Assembly: GCA_009839745.1 (NCBI GenBank)
Contig: VXPE01000117.1
Coordinates: 6,059-70,058, forward strand
Length of the DNA stretch: 64,000 bases
Reading direction: 5' to 3'
DNA from: Candidatus Poribacteria bacterium
Lineage (GTDB): Bacteria; Poribacteria; WGA-4E; WGA-3G
The position numbers were made by a program, and so were the translations under genes. Below the pieces are notes generated by a model. It was given only the letters and a program-made list of their open reading frames with translations, searched no databases and was not told the DNA's origin. Shown here piece by piece: positions 55,586 through 64,000 of this stretch. Within the stretch, counting starts at the first letter, position 1. Every line of letters starts with the position of its first letter.

Positions 55586-57145
55586 ATGGCAACCAACGAA
55601 GACTACACTTCGCGTGTGCCGCATTATACGTTCCCAGATACATTAGAGGAGCAGGAAGCAGCATTGGAGACGAATCCACTGATGCAACGGCTCAACGCTT
55701 ATCGGAAAACGTATGAAGGCGATCCGCACCGTCCGATTTATCACTATATCAATCCTGAAGCGATGCTCAATGACCCGAACGGTCTCTGTTTCTGGCAGGG
55801 ACGCTGGCATCTCTTCTATCAGGCATATCCGCCTGAAGATACACGACAGCACTGGGGACACGCAATCAGTGATGACCTTATCCACTGGCGCGACTTACCC
55901 TATGCGATATATCCGAATCCGGAAAGATGCTGCTTCTCCGGCGCGACGGTTGTGGAGAAAGATCGTGTCATTGCGATGTATCACGGAACGGTTGTCGGTA
56001 ATATGGTAGCAGTGTCAAGTGACCCGTTGCTGCTCAATTGGGAAAAAGTCGCTGGCAAAGCGGTTATCCCATCGCAACACGCCGACGGCACAACACCGGT
56101 CTATCGCGTTTTCGACCCATGCATCTGGAAAAAAGACGGAATGTATTACTCGCTGTCGGGTGGCACACTCCCACACGGACCGGGCGGTAAACGGGTGCGT
56201 GCGAATTTCCTGCTCCGTTCAGCAGACCTCGCAAATTGGGTCTACCTACATCCCTTCCTTGAAGATGATATGTACACCTTAGTCGGCGATGACGGCGCGT
56301 GTCCCTACTTTTGGCCCATCGGCGACCGGCACATGCTCCTTTTCTTTAGTCACATGAGTGGCGGTCAGTATCTGCTCGGTGATTATGACACCGAACGCGA
56401 CAAGTTCATCGTGACAGCAGGTGCGAAAAACAATTTCGGAGCGGCATCACCTGCGGGTGTTCATGCCCCGTCTGCCACACCTGATGGTAATGGGGGGCTT
56501 ATCGTTATCTATAACATGAATCCGGCGAAACCTACCAAGGGGTGGAATCAGATTATGACGTTGCCGCGTCGTTTGACGCTCCTCTCCAGAGATGAAGTCG
56601 GAGTTGAACCTGCTGGCGACATCGAATCGTTGCGGTATGCGCACCAGCATGTCGATGCGATGACACTCCCCGCAAACGAAGAGGTCGTGCTGGAAGGCAT
56701 AAACGGCAATGCCATGGAACTTGAGTTGAAAATTGATGTAAAATCAGCACCGATGGTTGAACTCAACGTTCTCCGGTCACCGCAGAAGGAAGAGTTCACC
56801 CGCATCGCCTTTTACAGAGAGCGCGGTATGCGTAACCCGGATATACCCGATCGCGTTCGCGATAGTTTACTCACGATCGACTCATCGTATTCATCGCTCG
56901 CATCGGATGTTCTCTCACGCGCGCCCGAAACCGGAGCTGTCTCCATTGCACAAGACGAGACGCTGAAATTACGGGTGTTCGTTGACAAGAGTGTTGTAGA
57001 AGTCTTCGCGAATGGGAAGCAGTGTGTAGCGATGCGCGTTTATCCCGACAAGGAAGAGAGTGTCGGTGTATCACTGCGATCACAAGGGCAATCCTGTGAA
57101 CTTAAATCGTTGGACGCTTGGCAGATGCAGAATATATATGAATAA
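55586..57145 (+). CDS. Glycoside hydrolase family 32 protein (beta-fructofuranosidase-like), no signal peptide
   Basis: RPIYHYINPEAMLNDPNGLCFWQGRWHLFYQ and WGHAISDDLIHW are the GH32 N-terminal propeller signature, with a C-terminal beta-sandwich. The position of the WECP acid/base motif reads GACP. Confidence 0.8.
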   Translation: MATNEDYTSRVPHYTFPDTLEEQEAALETNPLMQRLNAYRKTYEGDPHRPIYHYINPEAMLNDPNGLCFWQGRWHLFYQAYPPEDTRQHWGHAISDDLIHWRDLPYAIYPNPERCCFSGATVVEKDRVIAMYHGTVVGNMVAVSSDPLLLNWEKVAGKAVIPSQHADGTTPVYRVFDPCIWKKDGMYYSLSGGTLPHGPGGKRVRANFLLRSADLANWVYLHPFLEDDMYTLVGDDGACPYFWPIGDRHMLLFFSHMSGGQYLLGDYDTERDKFIVTAGAKNNFGAASPAGVHAPSATPDGNGGLIVIYNMNPAKPTKGWNQIMTLPRRLTLLSRDEVGVEPAGDIESLRYAHQHVDAMTLPANEEVVLEGINGNAMELELKIDVKSAPMVELNVLRSPQKEEFTRIAFYRERGMRNPDIPDRVRDSLLTIDSSYSSLASDVLSRAPETGAVSIAQDETLKLRVFVDKSVVEVFANGKQCVAMRVYPDKEESVGVSLRSQGQSCELKSLDAWQMQNIYE

Positions 57146-57203
57146 ATGCCAGTAGACACAGTATTATACCGATTATGGAAGAACTAAAATAGGAGAAATT
57201 ACC

Positions 57204-57944
57204 ATGATTAGACGGTTTATCTTTCTATACTTCTGTTGCGTGCTTGTGTCCTCAGCTTATGCCGCTGATACACCTAAAATCTTTACGAAAGATAATGTGC
57301 TTGCCGCAGGATGTTATAATGACGGGTTCAGCAGTAGTGATATGACGCTTATTATTCAACTCACTGTCGGAAAGGATGTTATATTTGATGAGGGCGTTGA
57401 GGTAAAATACCATGTTCCTGACAAAGATGTTGAGGGTTGGACTGAACTCGAATTTGACGATAAGAACTGGAAGAAAGGTATCACCAGCATTGGTTACGGT
57501 GATGGTGATGACAATACAGAAATTAAATCGGGTGAAGTTGGTTCACTGTACACGCGTTATCACTTTGATGTTCCTGAAGCTGCTACAGCGAAAAAAGTTA
57601 TGTTTCGGATTGACTATGACGATTCTTATATATTGTGGTTGAATGGGGTTGAAATTGGACGGACAGCCAATATTGCCACACTCTCTCCTGTAGGCGAAAT
57701 TCCTGAATGGGATGTGTCAAAAATTGTGGACTCGATGCCCGATGTTGAAGCGACGAAAGTCCCTAAGGGAAAGCCTAACAAGGATCGTTGGAAGAAACCT
57801 GTAACACCGAGAGAGCGGGACGTGCACGAAACAATTCATGAATTTGAGATTGATGTTAAATTTGGCGGGGGTTCAGGGTTATCAGTTGAAGCTGCAAACA
57901 AGTTAACGACGACATGGGCACAACTTAAAGGTCATTTATGGTGA
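57204..57944 (+). CDS. Secreted protein with a galactose-binding-like (CBM-type) beta-sandwich pattern
   Basis: Signal peptide MIRRFIFLYFCCVLVSSAYA-AD. W.ELEFDD.NW..G....GYGDGDD.T.....G....TRYHF.V.........F.IDYDDSYILWLNG.EIGR is a pattern I associate with carbohydrate-binding jelly-roll domains. Confidence 0.5.
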   Translation: MIRRFIFLYFCCVLVSSAYAADTPKIFTKDNVLAAGCYNDGFSSSDMTLIIQLTVGKDVIFDEGVEVKYHVPDKDVEGWTELEFDDKNWKKGITSIGYGDGDDNTEIKSGEVGSLYTRYHFDVPEAATAKKVMFRIDYDDSYILWLNGVEIGRTANIATLSPVGEIPEWDVSKIVDSMPDVEATKVPKGKPNKDRWKKPVTPRERDVHETIHEFEIDVKFGGGSGLSVEAANKLTTTWAQLKGHLW

Positions 57945-57979
57945 ATTATATAAATAATGTGAATAAAAGGTAATCCGAT

Positions 57980-59602
57980 ATGGCAGAGGCATGGGAAAAA
58001 CTCCGAGGTAAAACCTATCCCGACACAGAGGCGGCGCAACTCGCTGTCCTTGAGACGGATGAGACGGTGCAGGACTACAAGAAACGTAGAGAGGTGTGGG
58101 CATCGGACCCGTACCGTCCCATCTATCATATCTCCTCTCTCTACGGCATGGGGGATGCGAACGGATTTTGCGAATGGCAAGGTAGGTATCACCTGTTTTA
58201 CCAATTCGGTCCCCCGGATGCCGATCGTGTGCACTGGGGGCACTGTTATAGCGAGGATTTGGTGCACTGGCAGGATCTCCCACCTGCGTTGTATCCGGAT
58301 ACCGAACTCCACTGCTATAGTGGTCAGTGCCTCGTGGAAGATGAACGGGTTATCGCTCTCTACCACGGCAAAATGTCGGGGAATAGCATCGCCACTGCGA
58401 GTGATCCGCTCCTGCTCAACTGGGAAAAGCACCCGAACAACCCGGTCATTCCGAACATTGAAACCAACGCATACGAGCAACCCTACAACGTCTTTGATCC
58501 GTGTATCTGGAAAGAGGAAGACGGGTATTATTCGATCTCAGGAACATCGGCGAACGGTTGGATTCGTGAACGGCGCAGATCCGCGTCCCACCTTTTTTAT
58601 TCAAAGGACTTGACGCACTGGGAATATCTCCATCCGTTGCTGATTGACGATGTTTTCTGCGACTTGGGTGAAGACGGTGCGGTGCCAAATTTCCTGCCTA
58701 TCGGAAATGATAAGCACATTCTGCTCCTCTTCAGCCATAAGCGTTCGGCGCGCTACTACATCGGTGAATACGATTACGGAACACATAGGTTTACCCCTGA
58801 ATACCACGGTAGAATCAACCACGGCACCTTCGGTGGTGGGATGGTCTCCTGTCCCTCTGCAACAATAGATTCCCGCGGTCGCCTCATCGCTATTTTAAAT
58901 TGCTCGGACGGAAGGCAGGGTGAAGAGGCCGCATCAGGATTGTGTATGACGCTCCCGTGGCACCTGACGCTGAAAGCGGACAACGCGTTGGCGATAGAAC
59001 CCGTAGAAGAGGTGAAAGGTCTACGGGGCACACACACTCGGCTCACCGATATTGGGCTATCGGCAAATGAAGAACGCGTCCTTGACGCTGTAGCCGGCAA
59101 AGCGATTGAGATAGACATGACCGTAGAGATCGGGACAGCACGGGAGTTCGGTTTGTATGTGTTCCGCTCCCCTGACGGGAGTGAACGGACAAAAATCTCT
59201 ATCTACAACCACAGACACGGCAAGACCAACGATAGTTTACAGATCGACACCTCCACTTCCTCCCTGCGGACGGATCTTGTCGGTAAACCGCCTGAAATTG
59301 CACCCTTCCGTCTGAGCGGGGACGGTAAGGTGCGTCTTCGCATCTTCCTCGACCGAAGTCTTATCGAAGTCTTTGCTGACAATGGAGAGTGTCTGCCGGA
59401 ATGGGCGTTTCCGAGAAAGGGTATCGACAAATTATTCCCACTGTTCTCACGGCAGTGTGCCGTTGCGCGCGTCTACCCACAGCAAGCAGAGAGCAACGGA
59501 CTCTCGCTTTTCGCGATCGGTGGGGACGCGAAGGTGGTTTCGATGGATGTGTGGCAAATGCGTGCTATCTGGCCGGAGTTAAAGTATCGGGAAGGGGAGT
59601 AA
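57980..59602 (+). CDS. Glycoside hydrolase family 32-like protein (divergent paralogue)
   Basis: RPIYHISSLYGMGDANGFCEWQGRYHLFYQ and WGHCYSEDLVHW. NDPNG is replaced by GDANG (Asp kept), and the WECP position reads GAVP. Confidence 0.75.
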   Translation: MAEAWEKLRGKTYPDTEAAQLAVLETDETVQDYKKRREVWASDPYRPIYHISSLYGMGDANGFCEWQGRYHLFYQFGPPDADRVHWGHCYSEDLVHWQDLPPALYPDTELHCYSGQCLVEDERVIALYHGKMSGNSIATASDPLLLNWEKHPNNPVIPNIETNAYEQPYNVFDPCIWKEEDGYYSISGTSANGWIRERRRSASHLFYSKDLTHWEYLHPLLIDDVFCDLGEDGAVPNFLPIGNDKHILLLFSHKRSARYYIGEYDYGTHRFTPEYHGRINHGTFGGGMVSCPSATIDSRGRLIAILNCSDGRQGEEAASGLCMTLPWHLTLKADNALAIEPVEEVKGLRGTHTRLTDIGLSANEERVLDAVAGKAIEIDMTVEIGTAREFGLYVFRSPDGSERTKISIYNHRHGKTNDSLQIDTSTSSLRTDLVGKPPEIAPFRLSGDGKVRLRIFLDRSLIEVFADNGECLPEWAFPRKGIDKLFPLFSRQCAVARVYPQQAESNGLSLFAIGGDAKVVSMDVWQMRAIWPELKYREGE

Positions 59603-59612
59603 GATACAAATT

Positions 59613-62600
59613 ATGGCAACAGACTATAAAAAAATAAAACCAATCATAAATCTGCGTAGTACCCGTGAGCAACGTGGCGACAAAACGCACTTCGTCTATG
59701 AACTCGCTCAAAATGCTGATGACAGTAAAAGTAAACGGCTTGAATTGCATCTGTGTGAGAAAGAGTTACTTGTTTGGAACGATGGATGCAAGTTCCGTGA
59801 AGAGGATGTACTCAGGATTAGTTCAGTCGGTTTTAGTGATAAGGATCTGACACAAATTGGCAATTTTGGCACTGGCTTCAAGGCGGTTTACAACTACACG
59901 GATCGCCCAGAAGTCTATTCTGGTGATGAACGTTTTTGCTTACCAGATCCTACGAGTATTTCTAAAACTTTCGAAGATTTCGCTTCTTCACCTTTGGTAG
60001 AAGGCGTTGATAGGGTCCCTCCAAGAATTGCAGAGTTGGTAGAAGAAGGTAGAACAGTCTTTCGTCTACCTTTCAAGGAGAACCTGCGTCAAGAAGACCT
60101 GACGCTCTTGAAAGATCAACTTCGTGAGTTATTGAAAAAGCGACCTTTGCTCTTTCTACCTCATCTTGAAACGATTCAATGGCATGATGTATGCAGCGGA
60201 CAGGCAGGAACCTATTGCCGCTGTCAATATGGAAAGATACAAGGTGCTGACCAAGTTGAGTTAAAAGCATCAATGAATGGCGAGGTTCAAAAATCTGAGA
60301 GATTCCTCATTTTTTCCAAGAAATTTCAACCTCCACCAGATGTCATTGATGAACTTTTGCAAATAGAATATGATCCAGAACGACGGAAACGCATTCAAGA
60401 AACTGCGGATAAACTTCAACCTATTGAAGTCGCCTTCAAACTACAAGATGGTAAAATTATAGCAATGGATAATTGTGTATTATTTGCCTACCTTTCGACT
60501 GAAAAGGAAACTCATCTGCGATTTTTCATTCAGGCACGCTATCAAACGAATCCTGCTCGTAACGATATTGAAAAAACGGAGCAGAATCCATGGAACAGAT
60601 GGCTGGTGAAAGAAACAGCAGGATTTCTTCCTGAAATTTTGGAACAGTTGAAGGCAAGCGATTTACTTGAACCAGCGTTCTTTAACGTAGTACCTTTGAA
60701 CGAAGATAATGTGCCAAGTGAATTTTTACCTATTGCTGAGGCACTCCAAAAAGCGATGCAGGAAAGAGCGTTTGTACCGACACAAAGCGGAGGATATGCC
60801 AAAGCTGAAAGTGTGTTTCATGTTAACAGTAAAGGTGTTACCATCCCGCGCGGCATAGAGTATAGATACGCAAAAGCTCAGAACGTGTACTACCCCGATG
60901 ACGAAATCCTGCGACAATTGATTGAAAATAATTGGTTGCATTCTGAGAGTGATTGGTTACACCCTGAGATCCAAGATACAGAAGAGTTTCGCCGGTGTTT
61001 CAAAGTTATGCAAGAGGCAGGCGTAAAATCAGTAGATATCAGTCGGATTTTGGGACGGTTAGAAGAACAAGGTTCTGATTGGTGGAAGGAGCAACCCAAC
61101 AAATGGCTGCATTTCTTGTATACCTATTTGAAAGATCAAGGAACCCAATTGGATCGAATAAAGAAACTGCCATTGATTCGACTTGAAAATGGGCGACATG
61201 TGCGTGCCAGCGAGGCATTCTTTCCGCCAGAAACAGATGAAGAATATGAAGAAATTGCTCCTTTCCTTGATGAGTTGCCCATCCTTCAGTCAACCCTGCT
61301 TCAAGGAGAAAAAGGGCATGACATCAAATCTTTCCTCGAGAAGCTCGGCGTTAGGGGTTTAGATCCTCAAGAGATGATTGGCAAATGGATTCTCCCGCAA
61401 TATTCTCGGTGTGACAAACCCTCTAAAGAACAAAATCGCTTGCATGTCCGTTATATTTTCAAGGTTTGGGACAAACTTGACAAATATGAGCATAGGCAGT
61501 TGAAGGCAGAACTCTGCGGGACTCCAATCTTAAGAGCTTATAACAACGGTCAACCAGAAACCTATGATTTTGTAAAACCTTACGATGCGTATCTACCGGA
61601 AGCCTACACAGGTGATACTCACTTGGAAACCTATTTTTCAGTCTCCGATAATGATGTATGGTTTGTAGATAGTGGATATCTGGATGGCAACTCTAATGCA
61701 AAAGAATGGATCCAATTTTTGAAAGCGATTGGTGCTATGGATACGCCGCCGGTTGTGGAAAAGAAAATTCTTGCCAATGATGAAAACCAACAAGAATTTA
61801 CCAAAAAACTTGAGGAGAGAGGAGTTAAGAGACGACATTGTACCCAAGAATATATTAAAGACTTTTACTTCCATGGCCTGCCGGAAATATTGGCCAAGAT
61901 AAGTAATCACAGCGAAGTAAACTTGTCGCGGGGGATCTGGTATCTGTTGATTAAAGCAGTAAAATCAAGATCGTCAAGCGAATCGGCGCGCGATGCGTTC
62001 TTTCAAGGTGACTATTATCACTTTTATTACAGTTGGAAACAACCGATTCCTTTTGATGCAAGATTCTACCGTCAACTCAAGGAAACTGGTTGGCTGCCTG
62101 ACGAACACGGTAAACTGCATAAGCCTTCTGAACTGTTTGCTCCAACTGATGAGAATCGTAGGGTATTAGGTGATAATATGCGTTACTTACACCCGGATTT
62201 CGATGTTAGCACACAAACTGCCCAATGGTTGGCTAAGAAATTGAAAATCGCTCTGGAGCCAAAGATAGAAAATGTAATGAACAGCCTCCGAACCTTGAGC
62301 AATACAAAAGTGAGCATGGAAGAGGTTGAACCACTTTATCGTTTTCTTAATCAACAGGGATACCGCTTATTTACCTCTACCACTGATGGAGGAGGGACTG
62401 AAGAATTCAAACAAAAACCCCTTATCTTTACGCCTAATCCAGAGTCGCGCTGGTGGCGAACAGATGAGGTGTTTTGGGAGGATAAGAGCGAGGTCCTTGA
62501 AAGTGATCATCGTTGTCTTAAAGCACATTACCCAGCAACCCTCAAATCTTTTTTCAAAAATACTCTCCGAGTTTCGGAGCAAGCATCTCAACGAGATTAC

Positions 62601-64000
62601 GCTCATCGCATTCAAGAGATTGCAGAAAATCCAGAGCAAGCTGCGGACAAGAAGGTGCGTGAACGCCTTCGAAGGCTTTACAAGTTTCTAACTTCCGAGT
62701 GGCAAAAAGACGAATGGAAGAAAATAATATATGACGATAAATGCTGGCTCGGCAAAAGGGGAAAGGAGTGGGGGTTTTTCACCCGACAAGAGTTAGTTTT
62801 GAAAGATCATCCCCATATTGGTGAGATTTTTGAAGGCGAGGTACCTTTTTGGACATTTGACGATGATTTGTCGAGTCTTGCTTCGACTCTGAAGATAGAA
62901 GGGTGCTCTCAGGCACAACTCAAATCCCACCCGGAGGGAGATCCAGAAGAAGACCCAGATTGGTCAGAGAGGGTGCGAAACCTACATCCTTATATTTATG
63001 CCTTCCTCAAGTCCCCGCGCCTTTCTGAAGAACCTGAAAAAGAAAAACTTGCGGGGGTTTTGGAGCAAGTGTCAGTTTGCCGCGTTAAGGAAGTAAAAGG
63101 GACATATAACTTGAAAGGGATTCCTGTTACTGATTCGGATCCGCGTCTGAGTTTTTTGGATGAACAGGAAGCGAAACTCTGGTTAGGATTAGAGGCACAC
63201 AAAGATGAATATGCTGAGCTTATTGGCGATGCTTTGCAGGATTACTTTGGTATCAAAGTACTGGGTAAATTTGTTGAGGATTTGCTGACACCGACAAAAA
63301 AACGAGACAGGGTTCTCTCTAATTGGAAAAGAAGAGGTCTTGATACCAAATTTCTCAATGAAGATCCTAAAGATAATGAGGAAAAACAGATAGAGGCTCT
63401 TGATGAGAAACGCCCTGATGTGCCTAACAGTGAAGACGTTGATCCTGCAGTTGATGAATCCAATATGAGAATTCCAACGGACAATGAGGATCATTATACC
63501 GTAGCAGCGGGAGTAGATGATTCTGGAGACCATTTCTCTAACGATGGAAGCACGGATGCTACAGCAGATGGATATGAGGTCGAAACGCCGATGGATAGCG
63601 AAGAACCTGAAATAGGTAAAGTAGATAGCAATTCAACCTTAGAGGACTCTGAAACCCTTGTAGATTTGCCATCTGATATGGAAACTCTGACTACAACCAG
63701 AATCTCTACTACCCAAACAACTGACGATGGATCTGAACATGAAATACCAGAGATCAACGAGAATCCTAAAATAGGCAGCGGAGATCCTAATTCAACAACA
63801 AAGGGATCTGGGACCGGAACGTATAATCCATTCCGGACGAGCAGGACAAGTCGATCCGGTGGGCATTCACTGAATACATCCAACAATAGAGAAAGTAGTG
63901 GCGGTGGTCACGGCGGTAGCGGTGGCGGTGGTGAAGGTCAAGAGCATGAGAATTTAAAGAAAGACTTAGCAAATAATCCCTCCCAATTGGGTGAAGGATT
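59613..64000 (+). CDS. Large sacsin-like GHKL (HATPase_c-type) ATPase protein, partial (open at the 3' window end, at least 1462 codons)
   Basis: Not in the supplied track because no stop is reached. I translated 59613-64000 codon by codon and found no stop. The N-terminus THFVYELAQNADDS (Bergerat N-box ExxxNAxD) and IGNFGTGFKAVYNYTDRPEVYSG match the sacsin/Hsp90-like ATP-binding module. 63350-63900 is an acidic/Ser-Thr-rich linker, then a Gly-rich tract, then EHENLKKDLANNPSQLGEG. Confidence 0.75.
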   Translation, partial: MATDYKKIKPIINLRSTREQRGDKTHFVYELAQNADDSKSKRLELHLCEKELLVWNDGCKFREEDVLRISSVGFSDKDLTQIGNFGTGFKAVYNYTDRPEVYSGDERFCLPDPTSISKTFEDFASSPLVEGVDRVPPRIAELVEEGRTVFRLPFKENLRQEDLTLLKDQLRELLKKRPLLFLPHLETIQWHDVCSGQAGTYCRCQYGKIQGADQVELKASMNGEVQKSERFLIFSKKFQPPPDVIDELLQIEYDPERRKRIQETADKLQPIEVAFKLQDGKIIAMDNCVLFAYLSTEKETHLRFFIQARYQTNPARNDIEKTEQNPWNRWLVKETAGFLPEILEQLKASDLLEPAFFNVVPLNEDNVPSEFLPIAEALQKAMQERAFVPTQSGGYAKAESVFHVNSKGVTIPRGIEYRYAKAQNVYYPDDEILRQLIENNWLHSESDWLHPEIQDTEEFRRCFKVMQEAGVKSVDISRILGRLEEQGSDWWKEQPNKWLHFLYTYLKDQGTQLDRIKKLPLIRLENGRHVRASEAFFPPETDEEYEEIAPFLDELPILQSTLLQGEKGHDIKSFLEKLGVRGLDPQEMIGKWILPQYSRCDKPSKEQNRLHVRYIFKVWDKLDKYEHRQLKAELCGTPILRAYNNGQPETYDFVKPYDAYLPEAYTGDTHLETYFSVSDNDVWFVDSGYLDGNSNAKEWIQFLKAIGAMDTPPVVEKKILANDENQQEFTKKLEERGVKRRHCTQEYIKDFYFHGLPEILAKISNHSEVNLSRGIWYLLIKAVKSRSSSESARDAFFQGDYYHFYYSWKQPIPFDARFYRQLKETGWLPDEHGKLHKPSELFAPTDENRRVLGDNMRYLHPDFDVSTQTAQWLAKKLKIALEPKIENVMNSLRTLSNTKVSMEEVEPLYRFLNQQGYRLFTSTTDGGGTEEFKQKPLIFTPNPESRWWRTDEVFWEDKSEVLESDHRCLKAHYPATLKSFFKNTLRVSEQASQRDYAHRIQEIAENPEQAADKKVRERLRRLYKFLTSEWQKDEWKKIIYDDKCWLGKRGKEWGFFTRQELVLKDHPHIGEIFEGEVPFWTFDDDLSSLASTLKIEGCSQAQLKSHPEGDPEEDPDWSERVRNLHPYIYAFLKSPRLSEEPEKEKLAGVLEQVSVCRVKEVKGTYNLKGIPVTDSDPRLSFLDEQEAKLWLGLEAHKDEYAELIGDALQDYFGIKVLGKFVEDLLTPTKKRDRVLSNWKRRGLDTKFLNEDPKDNEEKQIEALDEKRPDVPNSEDVDPAVDESNMRIPTDNEDHYTVAAGVDDSGDHFSNDGSTDATADGYEVETPMDSEEPEIGKVDSNSTLEDSETLVDLPSDMETLTTTRISTTQTTDDGSEHEIPEINENPKIGSGDPNSTTKGSGTGTYNPFRTSRTSRSGGHSLNTSNNRESSGGGHGGSGGGGEGQEHENLKKDLANNPSQLGEG

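Noticed and set aside
57932-58613. 182-aa minus-strand and 187-aa plus-strand alternative-frame ORFs
   Set aside because: Both overlap the GH32-like gene 57980..59602, whose frame carries the family motifs.

Overview
This is a 64-kb chromosomal segment from a diderm bacterium (a giant TamB-like protein and a BamA/TamA-like Omp85 are present). GC content looks intermediate by eye, and I cannot assign a lineage from sequence alone. Gene calls rest on motif recognition from memory plus manual translation, with no searches or folding programs run. Most of the window is housekeeping or transport:

- **Core metabolism and repair:** MlrC-like peptidase, HD-domain hydrolase, selD, pyrE, ymdB-like, xseA/xseB, dxs, tlyA, pepA, leuA, DAHP synthase, udk, hsp20.
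- **Transport and envelope:** corA, MscS paralogs, tamB/bamA-like, a BMP-family ABC transporter, an aquaporin.
- **Other:** a formate dehydrogenase alpha subunit and two GH32 genes.

I found no rRNA, tRNA or CRISPR array.

Points beyond the ORF track:

1. **Two selenoproteins are split or truncated by the track.** selD has an in-frame UGA at 3806-3808. fdhA has an in-frame UGA at 44408-44410 followed by an fdhF-like SECIS hairpin.
2. **An open ORF of at least 1462 codons (59613 to the window end) is missing from the track.** It encodes a sacsin-like GHKL ATPase and is a candidate conflict-system gene.
3. **An overlapping operon of unknown function.** It combines an SLC12-like transporter, an FGase-like amidohydrolase, a DUF1704/QEGLA (MATCAP-type HExxH) carboxypeptidase-like protein and a GshB-like ATP-grasp ligase.
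4. **Four exact sigma-54 -24/-12 promoters.** Three are in tandem upstream of hsp20. One lies downstream of a sensor-less bEBP with a GAFTTA loop.
5. **Several intergenic repeat families.** These are a MITE-like element with TTTTAATTTTACCTTGCGG termini abutting stop and start codons, inverted arrays of a GGTTATN heptamer, a REP-like hairpin with compensatory stem changes, and a 32-nt repeat that carries the start codons of two ABC genes.
6. **Gene remnants.** These are a truncated HigB next to an intact HigA, an MscS C-terminal fragment, and a frame-disrupted small ORF.
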